This document shows positions 60,884-64,000 of a stretch of DNA of 64,000 nt, piece by piece. Source of the stretch: Octopus sinensis (Eukaryota); the NCBI RefSeq assembly GCF_006345805.1, contig NC_043010.1, positions 20,026,001 to 20,090,000 on the forward strand, read 5' to 3'. Position 1 is the stretch's first letter. Every line of letters begins with the position of its first letter. Below the pieces are notes generated by a model. That model was not told the origin of the DNA. It searched no databases and worked only from the letters and a program-made list of their open reading frames with translations. Position numbers and translations under genes: made by a program.

Positions 60884-61535
60884 TTAACACGGTGTGTCTT
60901 GCTCAGTGAAGAATATAACTTGGAGAGGAGAAATATCAAGAAAAAAGCGAAACAAAACATGTTTAACAAAGAATAAAAAGGAAATCAAATGTAATTTTGT
61001 AACATTTTATTTTTCAAATGATATTTCAAAAACTAATTGTTTCGTAATTTCAATAAATATTTACATCAGGTTCATTTTCACATCCATTTTTCCATGCTTG
61101 CATGGGTCAGACAGAATTTGTGGAAGCAGATTTTCTATGGCCGGATGCTCTTCCTGTCACTAGCCCTCACCTGTTTCCAAGCAAGGGCATATCTTTCTCA
61201 TTTTGTCAACCACTGAACAGCCCAGAGAAAGTTATGCAGTGAATTGGAAACAACATTGTCTGAAAAAGTGTTTTCTTCCCAAAGATCACATTTGTCAACA
61301 AGACTGGACATACTTTCATGGTTGACTGCAAGCATGGAACATTGACAGCGATGCTAGAGTTTACAGTAGCAAACCCATGTGAAAATGGGATAAAATACAA
61401 ACTTGGTCACATAAACACAGACACACACATATACACACACTGACACACATATATACACACACACACATGCACGCAACAAACTTTTCCAATTTAAATAAAT
61501 ACAAAATATTGAAAGATACATTGTTGTCATTTCGT

Positions 61536-61745
61536 TCAAAAACAAATGTCAACATGTGCTAAAAGTTCTGCCTGTTTGTCACTGCCAAACACCATGTTAC
61601 AACTAGGACAAATAAAGTTTTGTTTTGCATTGGATATACTGTCTGTCTCGAATTTATCAGCACGTTTTCTTACAGGTTCAAGGCTGTCTTTTTGGTAAGC
61701 GTGATTCACATAGTGACTTTCTGATATTCCTCGTGGTACAGCTTC
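61536..61745 (-). CDS. Terminal exon of a TNIP2/ABIN-2-like protein with C-terminal CCHC (NEMO/optineurin/ABIN-type) zinc finger
   Basis: Minus-strand ttcag acceptor; ends CPSCNMVFGSDKQAELLAHVDICF then TGA; same spacing as recalled human TNIP2 [23 protein letters not shown]. Confidence 0.75.
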   Translation of the reverse strand, partial: EAVPRGISESHYVNHAYQKDSLEPVRKRADKFETDSISNAKQNFICPSCNMVFGSDKQAELLAHVDICF

Positions 61746-63095
61746 CTGAAAACATGAAAAACAAAATAATATGAAGGGAAGGATTTTTACATGGATAAGT
61801 GTATACAGAATTTGGAATTTCATTTTCCAAAGTAGATTTAATTAATTAATGAAGAAAGATTTAATTAAGTAATGAAGAAATTGTAGAATTATTTAAGTAA
61901 TGAAATTGTAGATTTAATTAAGTAATGAAGAAATTAGAGATTTGGTTAAAAAAAAAACCCCAGCACAAATACATCATGACTAACACTACCTTGATATTGG
62001 TTTCAAATTGTGGCACAAGGCCAGCAATTTTGAGGAAGCAAGTAAGTTGTCTACGTTGTCCTCAGTGCGTAACTGGTACTTATTTAATCCCCCACCCCCA
62101 GGATGAAAGGCAAAGTTGAACTCAGAATGTAAAGACAGATGAAATGACGCAAAGCATCTTGCTCAGCATGCTTCTGCCAGCTCCCTGCCTTAAATGTCAC
62201 CTCAATATTAGCAACTGATTCGGTAAATTGTCTTTGCAAAAACATTGTTAAAAATGACAAAGCATTTATTTTGAAACAAATCAAATTGAATGTGAGATGC
62301 TCTGTAGTCTAAACTACAACAACTACCACACTGCTGTTGTCAATACTGTAAAATCCACAGCTATAGAAGCCTTAATAAATATCTGAGGTAAAATGGTTTT
62401 TAAATATCATAGTTTCTTGGTCAATCAACATCAATCTTTAGGCTGTATATTCACATTATTTGTATATAGAGTATGTTTTGATTGATCTGGTCAGCATTAT
62501 TTCAATAGTTAAGTGACTAAAGATTAAAGATAAGTTGGAATCTTGTCGCAGTCATTTTGTAGTACTTTTGGATAAGACAACAATTCCAAGAAAGATCTTT
62601 ATTCTTTCACTTGTTTCGGGATTTTTCACTGTGGCCATGCTGGGGCACTGCCTTGAAGAATTTTAGTTTAACAAATCAACCCCAATTACTTCTTTTTATT
62701 TAAGTGTGGCATGTATTCTATTGGTCTCCTTTACTAAACTGCTAAGTTACGGAAACACGAACACAGCAACACTGGTTACCAAGAGGTGATAGGGGACAAA
62801 CAGACATATCTGATGGGCTTCTCTCAGTCACTGTCTACCAAATCCACTCACAAGGCTTTGGTCAGCCAGAGGCTATAGAAGGAGACACTTACTCTGGGTG
62901 CCATGCAGTGGGACTGAACTTGGAACCATGTGGTTGGGAATCAAGTTTCTTTACCACACGGCCATGCTTGCACCTATATAGCTAAACGGAAAACTTGCAA
63001 CAAACGTAAGAGTCTGCATGCCTCAGATAAATCTTATTAATGTTAATGTTGAAGGATGTAAAATAAAGTGGGGGGAGAAAACAAGTAACACTCAC

Positions 63096-63182
63096 CTTTT
63101 GCTCAAAATATCTGGTATTTTTTGGTGTGTAATATGATTTTGAGGGCATCGGTTCATGAGGGGGATCTTGTAAATGTTTTAA
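63096..63182 (-). CDS. Penultimate exon of the TNIP2-like gene
   Basis: Minus-strand ccag acceptor and GTGAG donor; 87 nt, phase 0-0, open: LKHLQDPPHEPMPSKSYYTPKNTRYFEQK; in frame with the terminal exon. Confidence 0.7.
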
Positions 63183-64000
63183 CTGGAAAACAAAATATAT
63201 ATATATTAGAAATATTAAATTTTTAAATATCTCAGAGAGATATGAGTGGTGGTGGAACGATAGAGCGGTTGTACACTGTCAACTTAATGTGACAGTCCCA
63301 TAAAGGGAATCACACCACCGCTATTTAGCCCTAGGAAGCATCGACGCTTCCTGTCAGCTTTGACACATTTCCTGTGTCCTTATATTTGCGAAGGGGAGAC
63401 AAGCACCCCCAACAGCTAGGCCAGCATCTAGAGACATGCATGTTTCTGAGTCTTTGCTCATCATCAGTCTGGAGTAGCTTGGCCTGCTAGCTGAAGATGC
63501 CTGTAAAGCCTTTGCAAATATATATATTTTCAGTGAAGTTTATTCACTGATCACCAAAATTAGAAATATTAAATTTCTAAATATCTCAGAGAGATATGAG
63601 CACAAAGACAACAGGCACACAAGTATTATAATATACATTTTTGATGCTATGCATAAATGGAGGAAGTATGAAAATAACAATCATACACTCACGCACACAC
63701 ATCCATTCCTGTCAATTCACATCAGTATACATATACTTTTGCTCATTCATTTTTACATCATTTTTTTTGTGCTAGCATGGGTTAGGAGCATATTATTGAG
63801 ACACTGTTTTTACAGCAAGATGCCCTCACTATTAGTAACTGTTCCCTGTTCTTCAGATGAAGGACCTCTTCTTACCAACACCTTTCAAGGTACAAAGCCA
63901 GCAAAGGATTTATCAACAGGGGACATAACAACGTCATGAGTGCTTGTAGCTTGTCATATTCAAACCGGTGTAAATATAAACAAATCACACACACACACAC

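Noticed and set aside
63876-63960. Additional exon of the TNIP2-like gene (minus-strand GTAAG at 63875)
   Set aside because: The phase-0 frame needed has a TGA four codons upstream and there is no good acceptor

Overview
AT-rich, repeat-dense eukaryotic DNA. The repeat repertoire and gene style suggest an Octopus species, which is an inference. Three spliced genes can be reconstructed by hand from GT-AG sites and phase. (1) The last nine coding exons of the splicing factor SLU7 (+, 900-17354), one carrying a 42-codon Ser-rich tract. (2) A complete 10-exon, 344-aa N-acetyl-D-glucosamine kinase NAGK (+, 23630-45036). (3) The last two exons of a convergent TNIP2/ABIN-2-like gene ending in a CCHC zinc finger (-, 61536-63182). 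The rest is transposon debris: tRNA-headed SINEs; RTE, CR1-like and RLE-type LINE ends; a Penelope-like element with GIY-YIG nuclease; Helitrons, one with a PIF1 helicase remnant; mariner fragments; hAT and piggyBac-like MITEs; microsatellites; and a 100-N gap. The main hidden signal is a set of five sequence-unrelated small repeat families, mostly fold-back, each carrying a minimal type I hammerhead-ribozyme fold with a palindromic stem III. The core 3-8 base pair occurs in three Watson-Crick states: C3-G8, U3-A8 and the unusual G3-C8. In one copy the inverted arm begins at the predicted self-cleavage site. The second notable signal is a head-to-tail Helitron array that appears to have captured a mariner fragment. 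All structures were read by eye; no folding or database search was run.
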